DNA of 64,000 nucleotides from a virus: IMG/VR virus record IMGVR_UViG_3300005077_000006, positions 32,001 to 96,000 of that record; one strand, 5' to 3'. Shown piece by piece: positions 55,471 to 64,000 of this stretch (position 1 is its first letter; each line of letters starts with the position of its first letter). The notes under the pieces were generated by a model. It saw only the letters and a program-made list of their open reading frames with translations, ran no database searches and was not told where the DNA came from. The position numbers and the translations under genes were made by a program.

Positions 55471-56100
55471 ATGGCCGACACAGCCAAGAAGAGGACCGCA
55501 GAGGTCTACTACGTCGAGAACACGGTCCGCAAGGTCGGGACGCGCCTTCACCGGGCGATGTCGGCCACGCGTCACCGGTTCAAGCTCTTCATCGCGGGGC
55601 AGCGCTTGCTCAGGGGGCAGAAGCTCTCCCTGACGCCGGAGCAGTTCCACAAGGAGGAGAAGAAGATCCGGGAGATGGTGCTCGCCGGCCAGCTCGCGCT
55701 CTACATGCCCGACGGCATGCGCATCACCTCCCTGCCGGACGGACGGCTGGTCTACACCCGCGCTGACGGCGCGGTGAAGATCGGCGATGCCCCACTGCCC
55801 AAGGAGGAGAAGCCCGCTCCCAAGGCGGTGCCGCTGGTCGAGGTGAAGCCGGCCGTGGCGGTCGTCAACCCCGAGGCGGTGCAGAAGCTGGTCAAGGAAG
55901 AGCCGGTCGCGAAGAAGGAGCCCCAGGACCTCACGGTGCTCCCGAACATCGGGGCGGGCCGGGCGAAGAAGCTGGAGGCGAACGCCATTCGCTACTACCA
56001 TCAGGTAGTGGAGATGGGCGTTTCCGGTCTGGTCGAGCTCCTGGGCGTGACGGAGGAAGTGGCGGAGGAGATCATCGACAAGGCCACCGAGCTGAGCTGA
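55471..56100 (+). CDS. Protein with C-terminal helix-hairpin-helix domain
   Basis: DLTVLPNIGAGRAKKLEANAI...LLGVTEEVAEEII. Confidence 0.7.
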   Translation: MADTAKKRTAEVYYVENTVRKVGTRLHRAMSATRHRFKLFIAGQRLLRGQKLSLTPEQFHKEEKKIREMVLAGQLALYMPDGMRITSLPDGRLVYTRADGAVKIGDAPLPKEEKPAPKAVPLVEVKPAVAVVNPEAVQKLVKEEPVAKKEPQDLTVLPNIGAGRAKKLEANAIRYYHQVVEMGVSGLVELLGVTEEVAEEIIDKATELS

Positions 56101-56110
56101 GGAGACGACG

Positions 56111-56395
56111 ATGCCGAAGGTAAAGAACCTGACCGACAAGACCGTGCCGATCCAGCACTGGAAGCTCCTGCCGGATGGCCGGGCGCTGGACCCACGGGGC
56201 AACGTGAAGGCGGTGCTGCCGGATGACGTCGCCTACAGCGCGGCGGCCAAGCGGCTGGCGGACCAGGGCGTGCTGGACATCGAGGGCTACGTGGTCAAGA
56301 AGACCGCGCCACCCCCGAGCCCGGCCGCGGTGCTGCCCACGGTGCCGCCCGTGGCGATGCCCACGGCGAAGAAGAAGAAGGACAAGGACGACTAG
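56111..56395 (+). CDS. Hypothetical protein
   Basis: GAGGAG RBS; Pro/Lys-rich tail. Confidence 0.65.
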   Translation: MPKVKNLTDKTVPIQHWKLLPDGRALDPRGNVKAVLPDDVAYSAAAKRLADQGVLDIEGYVVKKTAPPPSPAAVLPTVPPVAMPTAKKKKDKDD

Positions 56396-56410
56396 TCGTC
56401 GAGGGAGTGC

Positions 56411-56929
56411 ATGGCGCCTGAGCTACAGGGACTAGACGGCATCCCGGGGGTGAGCGGGGTCTTCAACTCGTTCATCCAGACGGTACGTCTGTTCACGCGG
56501 GATCATCCCCAGCTCAACCGGCTGGTGAAGGGGGAGGAATCCTCCGACAGGATGATCGCTTGGGCCATCCACGACTTCCTCAGCGACTTCGCCGGCACGC
56601 CTCCTCCTCTGGGGTACCTGACGCTCGAGCAGATGTTCCAGCAGCACCTTCAGGCTTTCGCCTTGAGGGGCGTCACGGTAGCACTTCTCCAGTCGGTGGG
56701 CATCCTTCAGACCAGGAACCATCTGAACTTCTCGGACGGCGGGATCAGCGTGGGGGTTTCGGACAAGGCGCCGATGTTGATGCAGTGGATCCGGGACTTC
56801 CAGAACAAGTACGAACAGCAGAAGATGCAGATCAAGGTGTCGCAGAACATCGCGCAGTTGCTCACCGGGGCGCCTGGTGGCATCCACAGCGAGCTGTTCT
56901 TCGTCAACGGCTGGTACGGCGTCTACTAG
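56411..56929 (+). CDS. Head-tail adaptor/neck protein (putative)
   Basis: VRLFTRD...FAGTPP...NFSDGGISV; helical; position after the capsid gene. Confidence 0.55.
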   Translation: MAPELQGLDGIPGVSGVFNSFIQTVRLFTRDHPQLNRLVKGEESSDRMIAWAIHDFLSDFAGTPPPLGYLTLEQMFQQHLQAFALRGVTVALLQSVGILQTRNHLNFSDGGISVGVSDKAPMLMQWIRDFQNKYEQQKMQIKVSQNIAQLLTGAPGGIHSELFFVNGWYGVY

Positions 56930-56938
56930 GAGGATGCG

Positions 56939-57388
56939 ATGGCTTACGTGGCCAGATTGTTCGATTGCATGGAGGAGCTGGCCGACTACCTCAACGGCCT
57001 CGTGTCTGGCAAGCATCTGCCCAAGCTGACCTACGGTCTGAATGGCCTGACGTTGATCATCAACGACGGAGTCGGTGATCGCACGGTCACCTTCGTGGAC
57101 GCCACCAACGCAGGACTGAGTGCCAAGCAGATCTTGGACCAGGTCCGGGCGACGCACGCCAATCTGGCGACCGTGGCGTTGCGGAACTACGGACACCAGT
57201 CTCCTCCGCAGAGCAAGCTGACGGTGGTGACGGTGGGGCACACGGTCAAGGGGACGGGCACAGCCAACGCGTTGCTGGGCTTCGCAGCGTCGGACGTCGT
57301 AGTGGGCGCTGCTGCCGTTCCGCAGGCCAACGTCGTCAGCATCCTGTGGGGCACGAACAGCAACAAGATCTCCTTGCTGCACGTCTAG
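56939..57388 (+). CDS. Structural protein
   Basis: LNGLTLII...TVTF...GTGTANALLGF resembles the repeat in the sheath N-terminus (LDGLTLKV...GTANTILGF). Confidence 0.6.
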   Translation: MAYVARLFDCMEELADYLNGLVSGKHLPKLTYGLNGLTLIINDGVGDRTVTFVDATNAGLSAKQILDQVRATHANLATVALRNYGHQSPPQSKLTVVTVGHTVKGTGTANALLGFAASDVVVGAAAVPQANVVSILWGTNSNKISLLHV

Positions 57389-57398
57389 GAGGGTTCCG

Positions 57399-59354
57399 AT
57401 GAGCGCTGACAAGCTGTACCAGATCCTCTCCGACGGTCAGCCCAAGGGGATCCCCTGGGAGAAGGCCGCTGCTCAGTTCGTGAAGCTGAAGATGGCCTCC
57501 GGTGGGTTGATCCCGGAGCAGATCGAGGAGCTACACGAGCTGGCCAAGCAGGCCGCGCCGACCACCATCTCCAGGGAAGAGCTGGAGCAGGCGACGAAGA
57601 GAGGCATCCTCAGCGGGACGGCCGGCTCGGTGCGTGGTGACATCGCCAGGGCATCCGATGTCCGCCGCAAGCGCGGGGAGAACATCTCCAAGAACGTCGG
57701 CACCTTGGTCGGTGCGCTCGGTGGTGGAGCGGCGGGCAAGAGGTTGATCGGAGGCAAGGGAGGGGCCGTCGCCGGCGCCGCCCTGGGTGCGCTTCTCGGT
57801 CATGGCACAGGCAAGACGGTGGGTCAGGAGATCGACCGGGCGCGCATCAAGTCGCAGGGCAAGAAGAACGCCTCCATCGAGAAGCAGTCGGGCATCATGC
57901 AGCCCGATCAGCCCCGTGCCAAGGATGTGATCCCTGGTCGGGGACCGGAGGCTCGTGAGGCACGAACCGCGTTGCGGGAGAAGCTTCGTGCCGGATGCCC
58001 GGGGCAGGAGAAGACCTCCGACTTCGACAAGGAGGCGAAGATCTTCGGCGCGACCACGCCCGACCACGTGATCTACGATCCCAGCCTTTCCCAGGACGTC
58101 CGTGAGCTCGCCCTGAAGAACTACCTCGCGGAGAAGAGCCAGGAGGCTCCGTCGAACCTGGCTGCTTCTCTTGCTGTGCCCGGAGGCATCGGGGCACTGC
58201 TGGGTGGTGGTCTCGGGGCAGTGGGAGGCTGGAAGGGCTCTCTGATCGGAGGTCTTGCGGGTGGTGGTCTCGGCGCTGGCCTGGGTGCTCTGGCACGTGG
58301 CGGGGACATCCAGGAGATCGCCAGGGCGAAGGAGGAGCTGGGGAACGTCGGTGGAGCTCTCCAGCAGCGTGCGCTCGAGCGGATGCAAGAGCAGTCGCGC
58401 AGGTCTTCTCAGCCATCCTTTTCCCTCTCTATCGGCGGGGACGACTCGGATGAGGACGTGGTGCCCATCCGGCCCCGCCGGGTACCCAGCAGTTGGTCCG
58501 AGGAGCCCCTCGCGAGCCCCTCCAAGCCCATCCTCGGCAAGGAGCCCGAGGACAAGCCCAGCATGCCGGGCTACATGAAGTACGGGGAGGCGCGCGTCCG
58601 CAGCATGCTGATGGCCAAGAAGGCCTCGCTGCGCAAGCGGGCGCAGGAGGAGGAGGGGGCGATCCCGGTCGAGTACCTCGAGTCCATGGAGCGCCCCGAG
58701 GAAGACGAGATGCTGCCGCCCGAGCTCGAGGAGTTCATGCAGGCGCAGCAGCAGGCCAACGAGGCCGAGTTCTTCCGGCAGAAGGCGGAGGAGGCCGAGA
58801 CGCGGGCCTCGCAGGCCGAGGAGGCGGCCGACCAAGCCGCAGCCATGGCCAACCAGGCTCAGCAGCAGGCCGACATGCAGGCGCAGCAGTCGGACATGCA
58901 GGCGCAGGCCACGCAGCAGCAGGCGGACCTGGCGGCACAGCAGTCCCAGATGGCCTCCCAGGACGCCATGAACGCTCGCAACGAGTCGCTGTCCGCCCAG
59001 CAGCAGAACATCCAGATGCGGCAGGCCATCACGACCTTCCGCCAGCAGCTCATGGATCTGGTCTCCCAAGATCCGACCACCATGATGCCGCCGCCGGCCG
59101 TCCCCCAGGGACCTCCCCCGGAGATGGCAGGGGCGGCGATGCCCCCCGAGGCTGGCATGATGCCGCCGGGAGCCGAGGGAGCCCCTCCAGGGCCTCCAGG
59201 AGCTCCTCCGGGCGCCGAGGGGGCAGCACCACCACCAGGAGCTGAGATGGCCCCTCCGGGCCCACCAGCGCCGCCACCGGGGCCTCCTGGGGCGCCTCCG
59301 GGGATGCCCCCGGGACCTCCCGCCGGTCCCCCAGCCGCACCCGCCATGGGATAG
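57399..59354 (+). CDS. Large tagged protein: two glycine zippers, Q/A coiled coil, Pro-rich tail
   Basis: ELAKQA, KKNA, EKQS, EKTS, DKEA, RKRA; GTLVGALGGGAAG and GGIGALLGGGLGAVGG. Confidence 0.75.
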   Translation: MSADKLYQILSDGQPKGIPWEKAAAQFVKLKMASGGLIPEQIEELHELAKQAAPTTISREELEQATKRGILSGTAGSVRGDIARASDVRRKRGENISKNVGTLVGALGGGAAGKRLIGGKGGAVAGAALGALLGHGTGKTVGQEIDRARIKSQGKKNASIEKQSGIMQPDQPRAKDVIPGRGPEAREARTALREKLRAGCPGQEKTSDFDKEAKIFGATTPDHVIYDPSLSQDVRELALKNYLAEKSQEAPSNLAASLAVPGGIGALLGGGLGAVGGWKGSLIGGLAGGGLGAGLGALARGGDIQEIARAKEELGNVGGALQQRALERMQEQSRRSSQPSFSLSIGGDDSDEDVVPIRPRRVPSSWSEEPLASPSKPILGKEPEDKPSMPGYMKYGEARVRSMLMAKKASLRKRAQEEEGAIPVEYLESMERPEEDEMLPPELEEFMQAQQQANEAEFFRQKAEEAETRASQAEEAADQAAAMANQAQQQADMQAQQSDMQAQATQQQADLAAQQSQMASQDAMNARNESLSAQQQNIQMRQAITTFRQQLMDLVSQDPTTMMPPPAVPQGPPPEMAGAAMPPEAGMMPPGAEGAPPGPPGAPPGAEGAAPPPGAEMAPPGPPAPPPGPPGAPPGMPPGPPAGPPAAPAMG

Positions 59355-59363
59355 GAGACGAAG

Positions 59364-60383
59364 ATGGACGACTTCCTGACCAAGCTCTTCCATGAGGAGC
59401 AGGAGAAGGTGGCCTCGGCGGAGCTGGACCAGTTCATGCACCAGCTCTCGACCGATGACCTCGAGGACTTCCTGGGGATCCGCAAGGTCGCCGTGGAGGG
59501 CAACCCGGAGCCGTCGCTCCCTGACTCCCTGCCCACCGGCAAGCTGGAGGCGCTCCAGCAGCAGAAGCGGGACTACGTGGACCAGGAGCACGAGGGTCGG
59601 CCCAAGAGCGTCGCGAACCAGCCCGAGGGTGCCCAGACCAGCGTGAAGCACGAGGGTCCGGGCAAGGAGGCCACGGGCAAGACGGCCGAGGATGCCGCCA
59701 CCGAGAAGGTGGGCTGGGCAGATCGGTGCGGCCGGCTCTTCGCCAAGCAGGCAGCCTGCGCCATGACCAAGGCGGACGAGTTCACCACACCGGAGGCCAA
59801 GGTGAAGGCCAAGGCCTTCTCCGCGACGCTCAAGGCCTCCAAGGGGCAGCCCGTGGCCACGCGCAAGGCAGCCCTCCAGGGCACCGAGAAGGTGATCGAG
59901 AAGAAGGCCTTCCTTCCGGGCGCCATCGCGGGCTACCTGGCCCAAGGCGATCCCGAGTCCACTCCGAGATCTGGTTTCTGGCGGGGGGCTCTCGGCGGCA
60001 TCCCCGGGGCGATGATCGGTGGCCTGGGCGGGGCGGGAATCGGCCATCTGCTCGGTGGGCATGCAGGTGCCGAGCTCGGTGCCAACATCGGTGCGCTGGG
60101 AGGCAACATCGGTGGTGGCTACCTCGCAGGTCGTACGGCGCGTGCAACGCCCGAGGAGATGGAGCTCCACAAGGCGAAGCTCCGCGCCAAGGTCGAAGCG
60201 GCGGGCAAGGACAAGGAGAGCATGGGCATGCCGGAGAGCGAAGGCGCCGGCATGGAGAGCACCGCAGCGGTCAAGGCGAAGATCGCCTCCATGGCCATGA
60301 AGGTCACCGAGGGAGCTCCGGAGTACGTCAAGGCTGCCGCCGTGTTCCTGGCTGGCCAGCAGATCGCCAAGCTGAACCGGTAG
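59364..60383 (+). CDS. Tagged K-x-A-rich glycine-zipper protein
   Basis: LFHEEQEKVAS; RKVA, GKEA, GKTA, AKQA, EKKA, AKIA; GAMIGGLGGAGIG. Confidence 0.75.
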   Translation: MDDFLTKLFHEEQEKVASAELDQFMHQLSTDDLEDFLGIRKVAVEGNPEPSLPDSLPTGKLEALQQQKRDYVDQEHEGRPKSVANQPEGAQTSVKHEGPGKEATGKTAEDAATEKVGWADRCGRLFAKQAACAMTKADEFTTPEAKVKAKAFSATLKASKGQPVATRKAALQGTEKVIEKKAFLPGAIAGYLAQGDPESTPRSGFWRGALGGIPGAMIGGLGGAGIGHLLGGHAGAELGANIGALGGNIGGGYLAGRTARATPEEMELHKAKLRAKVEAAGKDKESMGMPESEGAGMESTAAVKAKIASMAMKVTEGAPEYVKAAAVFLAGQQIAKLNR

Positions 60384-60397
60384 CTACGGAGGGTCCC

Positions 60398-61243
60398 ATG
60401 TTCTCGATGGCGTCGCTCTATGACGAGCTGGAGAAGATCGCGGAAGAAGCGGAGGCCCCCGCCAGAAAGCTACCGGCTCTCTCCACTGGTCAAACGATCG
60501 GCGCGGGGGCAGCGGGTCTGATGGGCAGCAGTTTGCTCGGCAGCATCCCCAACCAAGTCCTCGTGCAGAATCTCCAGGGAGATGTGTCACGCTCTGGCCT
60601 GAAGACCACTGCGGAAGGGGCAGAGAAGCTTCGCCAGGCGATCCATCCCACTGGGGGCATGCTACTCGATCCATCGATCGGACGGCTTGGTGCCCAGCAT
60701 GCCCGTGTTCATCCAGGTCGAGTCGCGCAGGCGCTGACGTCGGAAGGTGTCCCGGAAGAGGCGAAGAAGGAGTTGTCGAAGGCACTGAAGGGCGGGCTTT
60801 CGATGGCCTCCCCCGAGACCGGCGGGCACTTGATGGCCCATGAGTTGGGCCACGGCAGGCTGCGCACATCTGGGGTGGGCAAGGTGATCGGCGCCTTGCG
60901 TGGCCCGGGCATGGCTCTCGGAGGGCTGGGTGGTGCCGCCATGGCCACCTTCGCCGATCCCGAGAGCAAGGTGTCGAAGTACGCGCCGCTCGTAGGCGGT
61001 CTGGGCGCCCTGCCCACGCTGGTAGACGAGGCTTACGCTTCGCTGAAGGGCTACGGCGCCATGAAGGGCCTCGGCTACAGCCCGGAACAACTGGGCCACG
61101 CACGGCGGCAGCTCGGCAAGGCGTTCGGTACCTACGCTACCGCGGCCATCCCACTGGTGGCTGCCCCCTACGCCATCAGGAAGATCAAGCAGCACATGCA
61201 GCGGAGGAAGGCGCAGCGGCAAGCTGAGCTTCTCCAGGAGTAG
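60398..61243 (+). CDS. Tagged membrane-associated zinc metallopeptidase
   Basis: SLYDELEKIAE; MAHELGH (HExxH), two hydrophobic segments, downstream DEAYAS; GGAGG before ATG 60398. Confidence 0.7.
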   Translation: MFSMASLYDELEKIAEEAEAPARKLPALSTGQTIGAGAAGLMGSSLLGSIPNQVLVQNLQGDVSRSGLKTTAEGAEKLRQAIHPTGGMLLDPSIGRLGAQHARVHPGRVAQALTSEGVPEEAKKELSKALKGGLSMASPETGGHLMAHELGHGRLRTSGVGKVIGALRGPGMALGGLGGAAMATFADPESKVSKYAPLVGGLGALPTLVDEAYASLKGYGAMKGLGYSPEQLGHARRQLGKAFGTYATAAIPLVAAPYAIRKIKQHMQRRKAQRQAELLQE

Positions 61244-62157
61244 TGGTGGCCAATCTCGTCTTCAAGAACCTGAAGGTTCGGACCTTCTCCCTGGACTTCC
61301 TGGAAGTCATGTGGGAGATCGAAGACACCACGCTCGATCCCCATGACTACTCGCTCTACATCCTGCGGAGCGAGTCCCCCATGGGACCCTGGGACACCGT
61401 GGCCGGCCCCTTCGAGGACCGCTACCACTTCGTGGACAACAGGGTCAACCTGCTCCACCGCTGGCGGCAGCTCTGGTACAAGATCCGCAGCGTGCGGAAG
61501 GCGGACACCACGGACGTGGTGGAGAGCGAGGCCTTCACCTTCCAGGCCGAACCCGACCTGATCGCAGCAGAGATCCAGCGGCTCGAGCGCCTGGTCTGGG
61601 AGGAGTACGCCGGCCGCCGCTGTCTGGTCTTCCCTGTGCGGACCTTCGGTCAGCGTTGCGGCAACTGCTTCGACGGGCCGGACAAGGGCAAGGGGTTCAC
61701 CTCCCAGCGCCGGCGTTCCCACTGCATCACCTGCTACGACACGGGCTTCGTACGCGGCTATCTCGACCCGATCGAGATCTTCATGCAGATCGACCCGTCG
61801 TCGCAGTCCACCCAGAACCTGCCCATCTCGGAGCGGCAGCAGAATGACACCTCGGCGCGACTCCCTAACTTCCCACAGCTCAAGCCGAAAGATATAATCG
61901 TCGAAGCTGAAAACCACAGGTGGCGGGTAGTTAGGGTCACTCCCACGGAAAGATTGAGGAGTGTCGTGCATCAAGAGCTGGTTCTCCACGAGATCGCGCT
62001 GGGCGACGTTGAGTTCCAGCTTCCCATCAGGCGGGAAGACCTGCGAAACTTTGAGCCGAGTCCTGGGAGGAACTTCACGAACCCACAGAACCTGGAGAGC
62101 TTCGAGTCCGAGGCCATCAAGCACGCCTTCGCGGTGTACGGGTACCGGCGGCCATGA
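61243..62157 (+). CDS. Neck/head-closure protein with Fn3-like N-terminus and zinc finger (putative)
   Basis: V.W...Y.I.RSE...GPW...WYKIRSV; RCGNC...CITCYDTGFVRGY; P.LKPKDIIVE...RWRV. Confidence 0.55.
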   Translation: MVANLVFKNLKVRTFSLDFLEVMWEIEDTTLDPHDYSLYILRSESPMGPWDTVAGPFEDRYHFVDNRVNLLHRWRQLWYKIRSVRKADTTDVVESEAFTFQAEPDLIAAEIQRLERLVWEEYAGRRCLVFPVRTFGQRCGNCFDGPDKGKGFTSQRRRSHCITCYDTGFVRGYLDPIEIFMQIDPSSQSTQNLPISERQQNDTSARLPNFPQLKPKDIIVEAENHRWRVVRVTPTERLRSVVHQELVLHEIALGDVEFQLPIRREDLRNFEPSPGRNFTNPQNLESFESEAIKHAFAVYGYRRP

Positions 62158-62525
62158 TCAGCTACGAAGCTTTCCACGAAGAGGTTGTGAAGATCGCCCA
62201 GGAGGAAGAGGAGCGGAAGAAGAAGCCGTTCATCACCAAGGAGACCCTGAAGCGCCTAGCCATCGCCGTGCCGGTAGCAGCGGCTGGGGCGGGGCTGGGA
62301 CACGGGATCGGAAAGCTGGTGGGGCGGTACGCATTGTCGGACAAGGCCGTTTCGGCCATGAAAGGGCTGGCAGCGAAGCACCCGATCGGTGCTTCGGTGG
62401 CCAAGAAGCTCCCCGCTGTCGCTGGCGGTCTAGCAGCGGGAGCAGGGGCGCTTCAGGTGTTGAAGAACAAGAAGGTGCGCGAGTACCTAGAGGGCAAGCA
62501 GGATGAAGCCGAGCGATCCCAGTAG
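62154..62525 (+). CDS. Small tagged glycine-zipper protein
   Basis: EAFHEEVVKIAQ; VAAAGAGLGHGIG; VAGGLAAGAGAL. Confidence 0.7.
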   Translation: MISYEAFHEEVVKIAQEEEERKKKPFITKETLKRLAIAVPVAAAGAGLGHGIGKLVGRYALSDKAVSAMKGLAAKHPIGASVAKKLPAVAGGLAAGAGALQVLKNKKVREYLEGKQDEAERSQ

Positions 62526-63330
62526 CACGGTTCATACGGCCAGTGAGCTCCAAGAGGGCTGGCTGAACGATCCGTTGAACTACATGGTGAAGGCGTTCGT
62601 CGCTTTCCTGCAGACGATCTTCGAGTCCGCTCCGGTCGGGCAGTTCCACTGGCGCCCAGAGCTCGCGGAGACGGAACTGGTGATCACGGAGGAGAACCCG
62701 GTGAACCTCGAAGCCATCGAGCAGAAGCCGGCGATCTCCGTGATCCTGGGGCCCACGCGCTTCAACGGAACCGCCCTGGATGACCTGCTCCACGTGTCCG
62801 CCGTGGACGCCAGGGAGATCCATACCGACCTCATCCCGGGCAACGTCTCCCTCAACTGCATGTCCAGAGTGCCGCAAGAGGCCAGGTTCATCGCATGGAT
62901 CTGCGCCCGCACCATTTGGAACCTGCGGAAGATCTTCATCAAGGAGACCCACATCCATGAGGTGGGCCGAACCATCACGATCGGCTCGGTCAGCCCTGCG
63001 GGTGCGCTGGTCCAGGGTGACACCGAAGGTGAGTGGCACTCGGTTCCCGTGTCCTGCCCCTTCTTCATGCAGTGGACCGACACGGTGACGCCGCTCAAGC
63101 ACGACTGGAGTGGCCGCCCCATCCATAGGCTTCAAGCGGTGGAGATGGCGTTCAAGACGCGCATGGGCATCGCCCAGCCGAACCTAACGCATACCCAGGA
63201 CGCGGGAGCGCGCATGTGGGGAGAGCAAGCTCGACCCATCAGGGCGCCACGAATCCGGGGTAGGACGATCCAAACAGAGCCCCAGCCAAGCACGCAGTCG
63301 CGACCGCTGGAGGTGAAGGCCAAGGTCTAG
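62503..63330 (+). CDS. Tail completion/terminator protein (putative)
   Basis: Directly upstream of the sheath; FLQTIF...KPAISV...SLNCMSR...EARFIA. Confidence 0.5.
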   Translation: MKPSDPSSTVHTASELQEGWLNDPLNYMVKAFVAFLQTIFESAPVGQFHWRPELAETELVITEENPVNLEAIEQKPAISVILGPTRFNGTALDDLLHVSAVDAREIHTDLIPGNVSLNCMSRVPQEARFIAWICARTIWNLRKIFIKETHIHEVGRTITIGSVSPAGALVQGDTEGEWHSVPVSCPFFMQWTDTVTPLKHDWSGRPIHRLQAVEMAFKTRMGIAQPNLTHTQDAGARMWGEQARPIRAPRIRGRTIQTEPQPSTQSRPLEVKAKV

Positions 63331-63345
63331 TGAAGGAGGCCCGCA

Positions 63346-64000
63346 ATGGCTACTGAGTTGCTTCAACCAGGCGTGTCCGTCATCCAGGAGTTCCGGACCG
63401 TCAGCCCGACGATCATCACTCCGACGCTGGTTCCCTGCGCCGTTGCGCCGGCCTTCCAGATCTTGGAAGCTCTGGAGACCGACTCCACAGGGAACCAGGT
63501 CGTGAACTCGGACGCAGTGGCTTCGGTGCCGGCGAGCATCGAGGCCCTGAACCCGGGTGACTACGCCGGTCTGGACGGACTGACCCTCAAGGTCAGCGTG
63601 AACGGGGGCCCAGCCCAGGAGTTCACGTTCTCCGACCCCACCGCGCTGAACCTGAGCGCCCTGGCCGCGAAGGACCAGATCGCCGCGTCGAGCCCGGCTC
63701 CCACGGGATTCGGTGCCTACGTGATCACCAAGGGGGCCTCCGAGTACCTCCAGCTCCGGACCACGGGCAAGGGGGACGGCCAGACCCTGAAGATCCTCGA
63801 CGGGACGGCCAACACCATCCTCGGGTTCTCCGAGAACTACGAGGCCGAGGGCGTCTCGACCTACAAGCAGGATGACGTCCACATCAACCAGGCCGTCTTC
63901 CCCGACCCCCGAGGCATCATCGACGAGCTCGACGTGGACGAGACCAGCATCAGGGTCTTCGTCAACACCGGCTCCGCCCTGCGGGAGTTCAAGCGGGACG
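63346..64000 (+). CDS. Tail sheath protein, 5' part (runs off the window)
   Basis: AAGGAGG RBS; MATELLQPGVSVIQEF fits the PGV-x-V-x-E sheath start; frame open to the window end. Confidence 0.7.
   Translation, partial: MATELLQPGVSVIQEFRTVSPTIITPTLVPCAVAPAFQILEALETDSTGNQVVNSDAVASVPASIEALNPGDYAGLDGLTLKVSVNGGPAQEFTFSDPTALNLSALAAKDQIAASSPAPTGFGAYVITKGASEYLQLRTTGKGDGQTLKILDGTANTILGFSENYEAEGVSTYKQDDVHINQAVFPDPRGIIDELDVDETSIRVFVNTGSALREFKRD

Noticed and set aside
53690-60170. Long - strand ORFs 53690..55420 and 57531..60170 (similarly 15201..17057 +, 34953..36473 -, 40580..42265 -)
   Set aside because: Fully overlap well-supported genes on the opposite strand; shadow ORFs
1-64000. Stop-codon reassignment or prophage state
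   Set aside because: Genes tile densely under the standard code with TAG, TGA and TAA all used as stops; no integrase, att site or host genes in the window

Overview
GC-rich segment of a large tailed (contractile-tail, myovirus-type) bacteriophage genome. No host housekeeping context, integrase, tRNA, rRNA or CRISPR array is visible. Layout: (i) 1-8.4 kb, + strand: end of a tail module (fibre adaptor, beta-helix tailspike) and lysis-type membrane proteins. (ii) 8.4-25.3 kb, - strand: replication/recombination operon (RusA-like, UvsY-like, Cas4-like, Hjc-like, RecA, HU, family A polymerase, Cys-rich SSB-like protein, DnaG, DnaB, Hfq/Sm-like, DUF932-like, UDG, SF2 helicase). (iii) 25.4-64 kb, + strand: virion block (portal-like protein, a 2045-aa single-chain beta-beta' RNA polymerase, baseplate spike, terminase, prohead protease, scaffold-like proteins, major capsid, neck, start of tail sheath), interrupted by small - strand islands. 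Main observations: about a dozen otherwise unrelated late proteins share a short tag, approx. [AGS]-[FLM]-x-[DEAQS]-E-[LIV]-x-K-[IMQV]-[AG], in front of glycine-zipper or enzyme domains, and many carry dense K-x-A sites (candidate capsid cargo-loading and processing code). A repeated - strand motif (AA-rich box ... GG/TT/GATAAG) is a candidate promoter for the phage RNAP, while + strand operons have sigma70-like promoters. Also seen are a candidate ~200-nt structured ncRNA upstream of terL and an unannotated 48-aa, 50% acidic peptide divergent from the RNAP. All calls rest on motif recognition by eye; no database searches were run.
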